Shown here: positions 43,541-53,487 of the stretch, piece after piece
Position numbering within the stretch: the first letter of the stretch is position 1
Layout of the letters: each line of letters begins with the position of its first letter
Translations under genes and position numbers: made by a program
Notes under the pieces: generated by a model
Told to the model about the DNA's origin: nothing
The model's database searches: none
What the model saw: only the letters and a program-made list of their open reading frames with translations
Assembly (NCBI GenBank): GCA_038227045.1
Contig: JBBRQD010000010.1
Location: forward strand, 2,868-66,867
DNA length: 64,000 nucleotides
Origin: Planctomycetota bacterium
GTDB lineage: Bacteria; Planctomycetota; SZUA-567; H5-PLA8
Direction: 5' to 3'

Positions 43541-45772
43541 ATGATGAGTGCCAGCCAGATGACTTTATCGCTTCGTGCCGGACTGGCGCTGTGTGCGCTT
43601 GTGTGCGCCGCGCATCTGCGCGCGGAACAGCCCGGAGCCGATACGGTTGACCTTGCGCCCGGCCGAGTTGCCGCGCTGGATCCCAAAATCAAGGCGCTGA
43701 TCGCGCAGCTCGGCGCGCCCGACACCGTGCAACGCGAGGACGCCGAAAAAGCGCTTCTGGCTCTGGGCAAGAGTTCCGTCGCACAGCTAAAAGAAGCCGA
43801 AGCGTCACCGAATCCTGAAATATCCTTCCGCGCCAAACGCCTTAACGCGCGGCTCGCCGAGGTTTCAATCCGCCCTCAAAGCTACGCAAACATCCTTCCA
43901 TCGGATTCGGTTTTTTTCTTTGAATTTCGCGACGCGCCCACGACTCTCAACCGCTTCAAGCTGACGCCGCTCGGGCAATTCTGGGAGAAACAGACGATGA
44001 AAGCGTTTGTTAAAGGCCATCGCGCAACGCTGCTGGCCAATGAGCTGAAAGTGCTCGACGCCATCGCGGCTCTGCCCAAGCTCGCCAGTGGAAAAGCCTT
44101 TTTTGCGCTCTCCACCCCGGACACGATTGAGGCTCACGAAATCGATCCGCCGCTTCTCTATGTCCTGGAAACCAAGGATATGCAAGCCGTGGAAGCGCAG
44201 GTCCGCAACATGTTCGAAGGTATGAACGACGCGGTCAAAACCAAGCGGCAATACAAGCAATTTCAGATCGAAGAACAGAACAACGCCTGCACCGTCTTTG
44301 GCGCGGAGCGGGTCATTCACGCACTGACGCCCAAAGGCATGGAGGGCTTTCTGGACTTTCTTCAGAAACCGTCCGAGAAGCCGCTGTCCCTCCTGCTGAC
44401 CGATTTGAAAGCCAAGCGTCCCAACGCCGACGCCTATATCCGGATTTCAGCCGACGGCTTTCCCGTGCTTGCGGAAGCGAATCAATTGTTCGACGACGAA
44501 CAGGTCAAAATGCTCGAAGCCGCCGGGTTCGCCGAAGGCGGATTTTTGGAAGACGCGCTGACGTTGAACACGGAAGGCGTCGAAGAGTTCGCGCGCTTTT
44601 CGGGCGGGGGAGACAATCGCAATAAGGGCTTGCTGGCGCTGCTGCAACGCATGACCATCAAGGCCGCCCCGCCCTTGCAGGCGAATCAGCCACAGGCGCT
44701 CGACATGGTTCCGTTCCAGGCGGCAATGGTGGCCACCTTCAGCGGCGATGCGGCGAAACACTCCGCCGACCTCGCGGCGGCGCTGCGCGCGCTCGATGCG
44801 ATGAACGGGCAACCCATCCACCCAGAACCCAACGTGAATACGGCCGCGCCAAAGACCAACGAAGCTGTCGCGCCGCCGCGGCCTCCGGCGCCGAAAACAC
44901 GCGCGGAAGATGCGCTCAATCTCGGCGGCGGCGACGTCCTCAATGACAAAAAAGAGATGAAAGCCGCCGGCAAGGATCCGAAGGCGAAGGATGACAAAAA
45001 GGCCGGCAAAAAAGCGCAGAAGCCCGCGGAACTGGAGCGCTCGATGCCCCATATCGAGCGGCTGTTGAAAGCGGGATTCAAACTCGAGCAACTGTTCGAT
45101 CAAGCGGACGGTCCGATGGTGCTGGCGCTGTTCCCCGAGCGCGTGAACATTGCGAAACTGGCCAATCCCGGCGCGCCCGACAACCCGCCGGATCCCGACC
45201 GTGTGCCCATTGCCGCGCTTTTTGGCATGTACCTCAAAGACCCCGCGCCGATTGAATTGGCGCTCGAAAAAGCCAACAAGGGACTCAATCCGCTCTACCA
45301 CAAAACCGTGCTCAACGGCGGCTCGTTCTATGCCGAAGAGCAGGAAGAGAACGCCGCCGGATTCTGGCTAAAGGGCAATTATCTGGCTTATGCAACGTCG
45401 AAGGATATCGCTGAATTGGCCGGGGCCGCGACGTTGAATCAGAACGGCACCGAGCGCATGTCCGCACGCAAATCGTACCTCGACTATACGACGAACTACC
45501 ACGATCCCAAAGCCCTGTTGAACGTCTATGGCGATGCGCGGCAGTTCCTGGAGATGCCCTACAAAATGGCGCAGCTCCAATGGCAGGGCGACCCGAAAAA
45601 CCCCTGGCCGGATTTCACGCTGGTCGCGGGCTTGTTGAAAGGAAATACGATGCGCCTGAAAGTCACACAAGCGCAGGGCGGACTGCAAATTGAAGCACAG
45701 ACGCCGATCTCGATTTTGGGATTACTGGAAGCGGTGCTGAAGCCGCTGAAGGAAGCGGTGCTGATACAGTAA
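43541..45772 (+). CDS. hypothetical secreted protein
   Basis: Start set to ATG 43541 (MMSASQMTLSLRAGLALCALVCAAHLRAEQ signal). 743 aa with a Lys/Pro-rich low-complexity segment. No motif recognised. Confidence 0.55.
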   Translation: MMSASQMTLSLRAGLALCALVCAAHLRAEQPGADTVDLAPGRVAALDPKIKALIAQLGAPDTVQREDAEKALLALGKSSVAQLKEAEASPNPEISFRAKRLNARLAEVSIRPQSYANILPSDSVFFFEFRDAPTTLNRFKLTPLGQFWEKQTMKAFVKGHRATLLANELKVLDAIAALPKLASGKAFFALSTPDTIEAHEIDPPLLYVLETKDMQAVEAQVRNMFEGMNDAVKTKRQYKQFQIEEQNNACTVFGAERVIHALTPKGMEGFLDFLQKPSEKPLSLLLTDLKAKRPNADAYIRISADGFPVLAEANQLFDDEQVKMLEAAGFAEGGFLEDALTLNTEGVEEFARFSGGGDNRNKGLLALLQRMTIKAAPPLQANQPQALDMVPFQAAMVATFSGDAAKHSADLAAALRALDAMNGQPIHPEPNVNTAAPKTNEAVAPPRPPAPKTRAEDALNLGGGDVLNDKKEMKAAGKDPKAKDDKKAGKKAQKPAELERSMPHIERLLKAGFKLEQLFDQADGPMVLALFPERVNIAKLANPGAPDNPPDPDRVPIAALFGMYLKDPAPIELALEKANKGLNPLYHKTVLNGGSFYAEEQEENAAGFWLKGNYLAYATSKDIAELAGAATLNQNGTERMSARKSYLDYTTNYHDPKALLNVYGDARQFLEMPYKMAQLQWQGDPKNPWPDFTLVAGLLKGNTMRLKVTQAQGGLQIEAQTPISILGLLEAVLKPLKEAVLIQ

Positions 45773-46061
45773 AAGAAATTGAAAATCGGTGGCGAAGTAC
45801 GCTGGAAATTGGAGTGGTCTGTCACCGTTTTTTCAAAGGCGAAAAATCGCCGGTCAACTATTTCCATTTCCACCCCGTCGAACCGATTCAGGGGCGGTTG
45901 AGCATCACATATACGTGGTGAAGATAGCACCTTCGGCACATTTCCGACGTTCTCGGCAGGAACGATTGGCCGAATCGCATGGCATCGATTAAGATATGAG
46001 CGATAATACATAAGACATAAAGGTCTGCTTAAAAAGACGAGGCTCACAGGAGAAAACATTC

Positions 46062-47674
46062 ATGCGGTTTTTCAAAAACAAGGGGGGTTATGCTGAATTC
46101 ACGCATTGGAAAGGGGCGGTCGCCCTCTGGTTAGTCTGTTCATTGTCAGCAGTCCATGCTTTGGAGATCACGCAGGAAGCATGGGAAAAGATTCAAAAGC
46201 GCCTAGACGACCAGGATGCGCGTCTCGCGGGGGCAGGCGCGAAGATTGAAGGCAGCACCGTCGATTCCGCGCTCGACAGCAAATACGGCCCCAATGCCAA
46301 CGTCTCAACCAAATCGGGAAAGCTGACCATCAGCGGCCTGGTGCAGATTTGGTACTATCGAATCCAGCCGGACCGGCAGGGCTTTTTCAACGATCCGAAC
46401 GACAATCATATCGCAGATTCATCGTCGTTCGTGGACAGCAACGGATTTCGCGTGCGGCGCACGGACATAAAATTCTCAATGGACATCAATGAAAATGTCC
46501 GCGCCGTGATGATGATCGACCCTGCTCGTGAAGCCATCGGTTTTCCCGGCATTCCAAACAATCAAGTGGACCTGTTCGGCACCAAGAAGGCCAATTTGGT
46601 GTCGCCGCAGTATCTGACGACGTTCAAGCCCGTTGGCGTAAACAACACCCTCATTCCGGGAGCCGTTCAAAATGGCGGAACCTATCCAGGTGCGCCTCGA
46701 CTGCTGCAAGACGCCTATATCAACTGGCATGATTGCATTCCTCATCATGACATCCAAGTCGGACAGTTTATTCCGTGGGTCAGCGAAGAAGGTTTGCGTC
46801 CCAGCGGCGAACTCGATTTTGCCGAACGCTCGATGATCGGGTTCTATGGTAATGGACGCGACGTGGGACTCAGCGTTCACGGTTCTTGGTGGGAATGTGA
46901 ATCAACACCCGGCAACGGGCGCTTTCAGTATTGGGTCGGCGTGTTTGACGGCGCGGGAACTTATTTTGAGCCCGGCAATCAGCAAAACCGGCCGGATACC
47001 AACGACCAAAAGGACTTGAATGCGCGTTTCCTTGTCCGCCCACTCTGGGATGATTGTTGGGGAAAACTCGAAATGGGCGTGGCGTTCATGGGTGGGCGAC
47101 ATGGCCAGGGAGACAATGAGCGGCCGATTGCCGTGCCATCCAACAATTTGAATCGCCCCTCCAATTGGGCGGTGCATAACAGTGCGTGGGGCAGTTACAA
47201 GTTTGGCAATGTCATGAGCGGTCTTTGGGCGCGAACGGAATGGGCATGGATCAAGGACCGCGAAGCGCCCGGAAGCGTCATCGACGTTTTAGGACAGAGC
47301 ACGGGCACGAACCATTTTGCGCAGGAATCGGGCCAGGCCTTCAGCCGCCAGGGCTTTTACGGCGCGATGGGATATAAACTCCGCGACAGTAGAATCTGCG
47401 ATTTGCTTGCTGGTTGAAGCCCATCGAAATCCTCGGCCGATACGAACAATTCCAAAATATCGAAACTGCGGATTTGGTGACGCCGTACAAGACCGACGTA
47501 TTTTACACGCGGGTGTGGACGGCCGGTTTGAACTACTACATCGCAGGGCACACCGCGAAAGTGCAGGCGAACTATAATTTTGTGACTCTGCCCGCCGACA
47601 AATCCAGCCCGTCGCGGGTTTTTCACGACACCCGGAATGATAATTTCGTGATCAATTTCCAAGTCGCGTTCTAA
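46062..47674 (+). pseudogene. phosphate-selective porin O/P-like outer-membrane porin, interrupted by a frameshift near 47393-47415
   Basis: ORF 46062-47417 has a signal peptide, a coiled-coil neck and a beta-rich body. It ends without a barrel terminus. The next frame (open from 47393) supplies ...EILGRYEQF...GLNYYIAGHTAKVQANYNF...VINFQVAF, with the canonical C-terminal aromatic residue. Confidence 0.6.
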
Positions 47675-47946
47675 AAAATGTGGAGAAATCGGCAAAGGCG
47701 GGGGCCATCCGGAACCAGTGGCGCTGGTCAAGTTGGAAGACGTGGCACTGTCCTGAACGTGCGCGTGATTCGGATTTGCCGAATTTGATTATCCTGAAAT
47801 TCTGACGCTTGCCGCCGATTCGCACCGGCCTGTCCGTCAGTCCCTCGATGCGTCAAAGCCTGTCGCGTTCTTCCGGTTCCACGTCCGGCACTTTGCCAGC
47901 AGCCGTTTCAAGACTTCATGAACATTTGGATCCCTCAACAATCACA

Positions 47947-48065
47947 CATTTATCTGGCACCCCTCCGGGGTGCAAAAAAATCTCCAATGCATGTCCGGGG
48001 GTATCGCTTCGCTCAACCCCCGGCTACCATCTTGGACCCCTCCGGGGTCGAAATGCCGTTAATCC
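47947..48065. repeat. CCCTCCGGG-box element, copy B
   Basis: catttatctggcacccctccggggtg...ccggggg-loop-cccccgg-13 nt-cccctccggggtc...ccgttaatcc. Located at the convergent porin/AraC-like junction. Confidence 0.8.
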
Positions 48066-48164
48066 CAGCGGAGAACCGAATTACGGGGGACAATTACGGG
48101 GGATGGTCACGAAACTAAAATAGATGCGTGTCTGTCCGGGCCGCCCGCGGCCATCCGCCCGAAG

Positions 48165-48950
48165 TTACAGCCAGGGGAGGGCTGCTTCGGCGAGGCCGAA
48201 TTTTTCCTGGTTTTCGGTTAGCCAAATGGGGCGGGTTTCGGCGGCTTTGGCCCAGTCGTCTTTGTAGGGTTTGCGGTAAGGGTCGTAGCCGGCTTTTTTC
48301 TCGTTTGTGTAGTCGGCTGCGTCGCGGCGGTGGATCAGGTCGCTGGCGCATTCGAAGAATTCGGCGATTTCTTTCAGGATTTCGTCTTCCAGTTGTCTGG
48401 GGGTTTTGCCGTAATGCAGCAGGCAGGCGCGGTAAAGGCGCGTGTAGTTGGCGAAGCCGAGTTCGATGGCTCGCGTGGCGAGGCTGAACGAGGGTTCGGC
48501 TCGATGGAGTTTCAGATATTCCCAAAATTTTTCGTGGTGCTCATCGCGGTCGCGGAGTTTGGATCCGGGTTTGGCGTGATGCTTTTTGACGTGTTCGACC
48601 AGACCGGCACGGATTTTTTCGCGGAGTCCTTCGACGCGGATTTTGTCGGCGAGCTGATTGGCCGTCATGCCGGTCAATTCCTTGAGCAGGCGGTTGAGTG
48701 CGGATTGTGAAATTTCGAGCTGGCGGCAGACGGCTGGGATGGGTTCCCAGAGGAAGGTGCGTTCGCCTTTGAATTCGGCGTCTTCCTGCGCGAGCTGGAG
48801 TTCGGCGCGAATTTCGGTTTCGGCGGCGGCGGATAGTTTTCGAATGGCGGCTCGGCGTTCTTTGCCTTGCAGGGATTTTTCGGCTTCGACGGTGAGGCCG
48901 GAGAGTTCGCGCCATTTGACGGGAGTGGGCGCGGGGGTTTTGGCGGACAT
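48165..48950 (-). CDS. AraC-type HTH domain protein
   Basis: Start set to ATG 48950. Two HTH-like segments: AVCRQLEISQSALNRLLKELTGMTANQL and LATRAIELGFANYTRLYRACLLHYGKTPRQL. Confidence 0.5.
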   Translation of the reverse strand: MSAKTPAPTPVKWRELSGLTVEAEKSLQGKERRAAIRKLSAAAETEIRAELQLAQEDAEFKGERTFLWEPIPAVCRQLEISQSALNRLLKELTGMTANQLADKIRVEGLREKIRAGLVEHVKKHHAKPGSKLRDRDEHHEKFWEYLKLHRAEPSFSLATRAIELGFANYTRLYRACLLHYGKTPRQLEDEILKEIAEFFECASDLIHRRDAADYTNEKKAGYDPYRKPYKDDWAKAAETRPIWLTENQEKFGLAEAALPWL

Positions 48951-48986
48951 GAGGGGTCTCCTTTTTGGCGGCCGTTTGGCCCTTGG

Positions 48987-49134
48987 AAAAAACTCTCGCA
49001 CCAAGAACACTAAGAACACAAAGAAGCACAAAGAAAAGAAAATCTAATGGAGGGATGATGGAAAATGAGGATGGATTCTTTGTATTTCCTGGTGTGTCTT
49101 AGTGTTCTTAGTGTTCTTTGTGCGAGCGTTTTTT
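48987..49134. repeat. ~150-bp imperfect palindrome built from aagaacact words
   Basis: aaaaaactctcgcaccaagaacactaagaacac (48987-49019) pairs with gtgttcttagtgttctttgtgcgagcgtttttt (49102-49134), with 31/33 positions complementary and an 82-nt centre. Confidence 0.85.
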
Positions 49135-49410
49135 AAGGGATTGAACGGTTGCTCATAAATACAACGGATGATGTTTTACAAAATCAAGTGTATTTTTAGT
49201 GCATTTTAGAAGTATTTCTGGGATTATGCGCATTGTGCAAATCTGAAGTTGAGGCTTGGTTTGAGGTTGTGAATTTCATTATCAGGGGATATTGCACTTA
49301 ATTATTAACATAAAATAGTTGGGCGCAGAACGCGCTTGCGTTCGTTCAAATAACCATTAAAACGCCGTGAATTTATCTTTCTGCGCCACTCATCGCCGGA
49401 ACGCTCAATC

Positions 49411-50346
49411 ATGCCCTGGACTCGCCCTCATCTGCTCGGCCTCGAAGACCTCTCCGCCGGGGAAATTTTGGAGATTCTCGATACGGCGCAGTCGTACAAA
49501 AGCGCCTCGCGCAGCGGGCAGAAACTGCCGCTGCTGCAAGGCAAGACGGTGGTCAATCTGTTCTTCGAAGCGTCAACGCGCACCAGCAATTCGTTCGCGC
49601 TCGCCGCCAAACGGCTCTCCGCGGACACGATGAGTTTCAGCAGTTCGGGCAGTTCCGTGAGCAAGGGCGAAACGCTGATTGACACGGCGCTGAATATCGA
49701 GGCGATGGGCATCGATGCGTTCGTGATCCGGCACTCGGCTCCGGGCGCGCCGCACCTGCTCGCGCGGCACGTCAAGGTGCCGGTGATCAACGCTGGCGAC
49801 GGCTGCCACGAGCATCCCACGCAAGGACTGCTCGACATGTTCACGATCCGCGAGAATTTCGGAAAACTGGACGGACTGACCGTCGCGATTCTCGGCGACA
49901 TCCGCCACTCCCGCGTGGCGCGTTCGAACGCCTGGGGTTTGCGGAAAATGGGCGCGCGCGTGATCCTCGCCGGCCCGCCCACGCTGGTGCCGCCGGCCAT
50001 CGCCGCGGCACTGGGCGTGGAGGTCAGCCACGACATCGATCAGGTCATCGCCGAGGCCGACGTGCTGAATTGCCTGCGCATTCAATTCGAACGCAAGGCC
50101 GCCAATTTCTTTCCCGGCACGCGCGAATACGCGGCGATCTACGGCCTGAACGCGGAGCGCATGAAGCGTTGCAAGCCGCACGCAATCATCATGCACCCGG
50201 GTCCGATCAATCGCGGCATCGAGCTTACGCCGGAGCTTGCTGACGGCGAAAGGAGCGTGATTTTGGACCAGGTGCAGAATGGATTGGCGGTAAGGATGGC
50301 GGTGCTGGGGTTGTGCATGGGGGCGGCGAGTGCGTTGAAAAATTGA
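49411..50346 (+). CDS. pyrB: aspartate carbamoyltransferase catalytic subunit
   Basis: STRTSNSF, HPTQGLLD and HPGPINRG motifs. Confidence 0.92.
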   Translation: MPWTRPHLLGLEDLSAGEILEILDTAQSYKSASRSGQKLPLLQGKTVVNLFFEASTRTSNSFALAAKRLSADTMSFSSSGSSVSKGETLIDTALNIEAMGIDAFVIRHSAPGAPHLLARHVKVPVINAGDGCHEHPTQGLLDMFTIRENFGKLDGLTVAILGDIRHSRVARSNAWGLRKMGARVILAGPPTLVPPAIAAALGVEVSHDIDQVIAEADVLNCLRIQFERKAANFFPGTREYAAIYGLNAERMKRCKPHAIIMHPGPINRGIELTPELADGERSVILDQVQNGLAVRMAVLGLCMGAASALKN

Positions 50347-50407
50347 GATTCCCAGATAACCTAAATTTTAAATTTCACTTACGGAAAGATTCAAAACTTC
50401 ACTGACT

Positions 50408-51742
50408 ATGCCAACCCTCCTCCTCCAATCCGGCCGCGTCTTCGACCCCGCGTCGCACCTCGATTTCATCGGCGATGTGCTGATCGATCAGGCGTCCGGC
50501 ACAATCCTCGAAATCGGCACGTCGCTTTCGGGCGATCATGTCATCCACTGTTCCGGCAAACTCGTTTGTCCGGGATTCGTCGATATCCACGTCCATTTTC
50601 GCGAGCCGGGGAATAATGCGAAGGAGACCATTGCCACCGGCTCCGCCGCGGCGGTGCATGGCGGTTTCTCGACTGTTGTCGTGATGCCCAATACCGATCC
50701 GCCGCTGGATAATCCCGCCGCGATTGCATACCAATATTTGCAGGCCAGGAACGCCGGCAAGGCGCGCGTTTTTCCGATGGGATGCATAACCAAAGGGCGC
50801 GCGGGGCAGGAACTCGCGGAGTTGGGCTTGATGGCTCGCGGCTTTGGCTCTGGCACGGCCGGTAGCGGGCAGTTTGGCGCGGTCGCGTTTACCGACGACG
50901 GCGCGGCGGTGCCCGGAAGCCAGATCATGCGCTCGGCTTTTGAGTACGCGAATGCGCTTGACCGCGTGATTGTCGAACATTGCGAGGATCACGATCTGTC
51001 GAACGGCGCGATCATGCATGAAGGCAAAGTCAGCGCAGCGCTGGGCATCAACGGCTATCCAAGCGCCGCCGAGGAACTCATTGTCGCGCGTGATATTCGG
51101 CTGGCAAAACTGGCGGGTGCCCGCTTTCACGTGTCGCACATTTCGGCCAAGGGAGCCGTCGCGCTCGTGCGCGAAGCGAAAGCGAAAGGCGTGCGCGTCA
51201 CGGCCGAAGTCAGCCCGCATCATCTTCTGCTGACCGATGACGGCTGCCGCAACTTCGATACGAATTTCAAGATGAATCCGCCACTGCGCGAACCGTCGGA
51301 TATTGACGCGTGCCTCGAAGGACTGCTCGACGGCACCATCGACTGCCTCGCCTCCGACCACGCGCCGCACACCAGCGAAGAAAAAGCGCGCGAATTCGTG
51401 GACGCGCCGAACGGCATCATCGGACTGGAGTCGAACATCGCCGTGCTGCTGACGAAACTTGTCGCGACCGGCAAGCTTCCCCTGGCGCGCTTCGTTGAGG
51501 CGTGGACGAACGCCGCGGTGCGGTGCCTGGGACTAGATAAATGCGGCGTAACTGGGAAGCTTGAAAAAGGCGGCCCGGCGGACGTGACGATTCTCGATCT
51601 GGAAAAGGAATGGACATTGGACGCCGCCGCGTTCAAATCCAAAGGGCGCAATTGTCCCTTTAAAGGCTGGCAGCTAAAAGGCGCTCCGATTTATACAATC
51701 GTCGGCGGGGTGATTCACGAGGCTATTGGGTTAAATCATTGA
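50408..51742 (+). CDS. pyrC: dihydroorotase
   Basis: DIHVHFREPG metal-binding motif and DHAPH. Located directly downstream of pyrB. Confidence 0.9.
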   Translation: MPTLLLQSGRVFDPASHLDFIGDVLIDQASGTILEIGTSLSGDHVIHCSGKLVCPGFVDIHVHFREPGNNAKETIATGSAAAVHGGFSTVVVMPNTDPPLDNPAAIAYQYLQARNAGKARVFPMGCITKGRAGQELAELGLMARGFGSGTAGSGQFGAVAFTDDGAAVPGSQIMRSAFEYANALDRVIVEHCEDHDLSNGAIMHEGKVSAALGINGYPSAAEELIVARDIRLAKLAGARFHVSHISAKGAVALVREAKAKGVRVTAEVSPHHLLLTDDGCRNFDTNFKMNPPLREPSDIDACLEGLLDGTIDCLASDHAPHTSEEKAREFVDAPNGIIGLESNIAVLLTKLVATGKLPLARFVEAWTNAAVRCLGLDKCGVTGKLEKGGPADVTILDLEKEWTLDAAAFKSKGRNCPFKGWQLKGAPIYTIVGGVIHEAIGLNH

Positions 51743-51814
51743 GTTGAAAGTTGAAAGTTGAAAGTTTAAAGGTTGAAAGTTGAAGGTTGGATTTTCAACT
51801 TTCAAACCTTTAAC
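51743..51814. terminator. (gttgaaa)x3 tandem heptamers followed by a ~20-bp hairpin, at a convergent junction
   Basis: Heptamers at 51743-51763. The arms are gtttaaaggttgaaagttga (51764-51783) and tcaactttcaaacctttaac (51795-51814). Located between the pyrC stop and the peroxidase stop. Confidence 0.6.
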
Positions 51815-51818
51815 CGTT

Positions 51819-52385
51819 TTACTTCTCCGCCAGAGCGTTCTCAACGGCCGCGATGAATTTTGGATCTTCGGGTTTGACTCCCGGTTCGAAGCGGTCGATC
51901 ACCGAGCCATTGCGGCCCACCAGAAATTTAGCAAAATTCCATTTTATCTCGCCGGGCTTCTTGCTTTCGGTTGTGAGATATTTGTAGAGCGGGGAGATGC
52001 CTTCGCCTTTGACGACTTCTTTGGCGAGCATTGGAAACGTGACGTGGTATTTGCTGGTGCAGAATTCCTTGATCTCCTCGTTGCTGCCAGGCTCCTGCTT
52101 AGCGAATTCATTCGCCGGAACGCCGATGATGGTCAGTCCCTTGTCGTGAAATTTGGTGTATAGCGCTTGAAGTCCTTCGTACTGCGGCGTATTGCCGCAT
52201 CTCGACGCGACGTTGACGATCAGCAGCACCTCGCCTTTGTGTTGCGAGAGCGCGTAGGGTTTGCCATCGATGCCTTCGAGGCTGAAATCCAGCACGGACT
52301 TCTTCGTGGTTTCTTCAGAAAAAGCACTGCACGCTAGGGCGGCGGCGGCCAAAGCAATGACAATCGTGACGGTGTTCATGATCAA
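51819..52385 (-). CDS. glutathione peroxidase (with signal peptide)
   Basis: NVASRCGNTPQY active-site region and WNFAKFLV motif. Confidence 0.88.
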   Translation of the reverse strand: MIMNTVTIVIALAAAALACSAFSEETTKKSVLDFSLEGIDGKPYALSQHKGEVLLIVNVASRCGNTPQYEGLQALYTKFHDKGLTIIGVPANEFAKQEPGSNEEIKEFCTSKYHVTFPMLAKEVVKGEGISPLYKYLTTESKKPGEIKWNFAKFLVGRNGSVIDRFEPGVKPEDPKFIAAVENALAEK

Positions 52386-52455
52386 TTCTCCGGTTTGAAA
52401 AGGTTCTTTGTTTTATGAGTACACCATCGCAACGAAGCAATGCAGGAGGTTACGC

Positions 52456-53349
52456 TCATTTCGTCTTCTCATAAAACCGCACCCAATCCACCAGAACTTC
52501 GGCGGGAAGCGCTGTGTCGTCGACATGGAACGTCTTCGCCAGGGGCGCGCCGATGCAGCTTAACCAGATGCTCATGTCGTCGTGCACGAATTCGTTCGCA
52601 TCCAGCGTCGAGACGAGTTCGCCGTCGAAAAAATAGCGCGCTTTTTGAGGCGTGAATTCGCAGCCAAAGACGTGAAAATCCTCCGATAAATCGGGCGTTT
52701 TTACGCGCCGCGGCCCGAAGGCTCTATGGATTGGCTTTTTCGTCTGGAGATTCACGGAATACGCCTTCAAGTCGATGGAATCGGTTTCACATACATCAAT
52801 CTCCTGCCGCGCGCCAGTGGACTCCGACTTGTACTGATTCAAAGAAAAAGTCGTATGCCAGCCTTTCCCCGGAGGGCATTTGATGCTCGCTTCGTAATAG
52901 CCATAGCGAAAGGCGCGTTTGGTAATGATCCCGCCAGCGGTATAGTCCATCTTTCCCGCCTTTTCCTTTTTCAGTTTCAAATGCAAATAGCCGCCTGAAA
53001 CAGACACATTTTCCGCCTTCTGCGCGCTCCAGAAACGACTGTCGGTGCGGCAGTCCCAAACGCTTGCATCGAGCTTTTCGGCGTTGAATTCATCGGACCA
53101 GGACAACGTGTAGTCGCCAAAATTCTCTCGCCGCACGAACGGACGAGCGACCGCCACCGTCTCAGTCGCCGGAACGGTAACGGGAACCGGCGCAGGAGCC
53201 ACGACAGTCGCCGGAACCGCTACTCCCGTGCTGGGCGCGGGAACGGGAACAGGAACCGCCTCTTCGGCAGATACAAACGTATGCTGACGGGGCAACAAAC
53301 CGCACAGGATTGCGAAAATGAGGCAAGTCAGCGCCAAACGTGACTGCAT
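52456..53349 (-). CDS. glycoside hydrolase family 16 (beta-glucanase-like)
   Basis: Start set to ATG 53349 (MQSRLALTCLIFAILCG signal). Catalytic ExDxxE as QEIDVCE. Pro/Val-rich linker. Confidence 0.75.
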   Translation of the reverse strand: MQSRLALTCLIFAILCGLLPRQHTFVSAEEAVPVPVPAPSTGVAVPATVVAPAPVPVTVPATETVAVARPFVRRENFGDYTLSWSDEFNAEKLDASVWDCRTDSRFWSAQKAENVSVSGGYLHLKLKKEKAGKMDYTAGGIITKRAFRYGYYEASIKCPPGKGWHTTFSLNQYKSESTGARQEIDVCETDSIDLKAYSVNLQTKKPIHRAFGPRRVKTPDLSEDFHVFGCEFTPQKARYFFDGELVSTLDANEFVHDDMSIWLSCIGAPLAKTFHVDDTALPAEVLVDWVRFYEKTK

Positions 53350-53487
53350 GAACTCAAACTCCGTGATGAGCAACACCAAATATTGTGACGCGATTATAAC
53401 GTGACTTGCGCGGAATTAGTCGCAAGATTCAAGAAATTAATGGCACCGACATGTTCGCGGAATGGGATACTACTGCACGCGCCCTGC

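Noticed and set aside
47809-48123. 104-aa ORF (…SLRSTPGYHLGPLRG…)
   Set aside because: It is merely the translation of CCCTCCGGG-box repeat copy B. The equivalent repeats at 30451 and 57346 are not in conserved reading frames.
49135-49330. AT-rich tract as a hidden small gene or tRNA/sRNA
   Set aside because: There is no ORF with an SD or start, and I could not fold a cloverleaf or conserved RNA motif by eye. I kept it only as part of the intergenic-architecture finding.
51743-51790. Possible CRISPR-like or minisatellite array (gttgaaa repeats)
   Set aside because: The unit is only 7 nt, with no spacers and no cas genes. The tract is part of a terminator-type hairpin.
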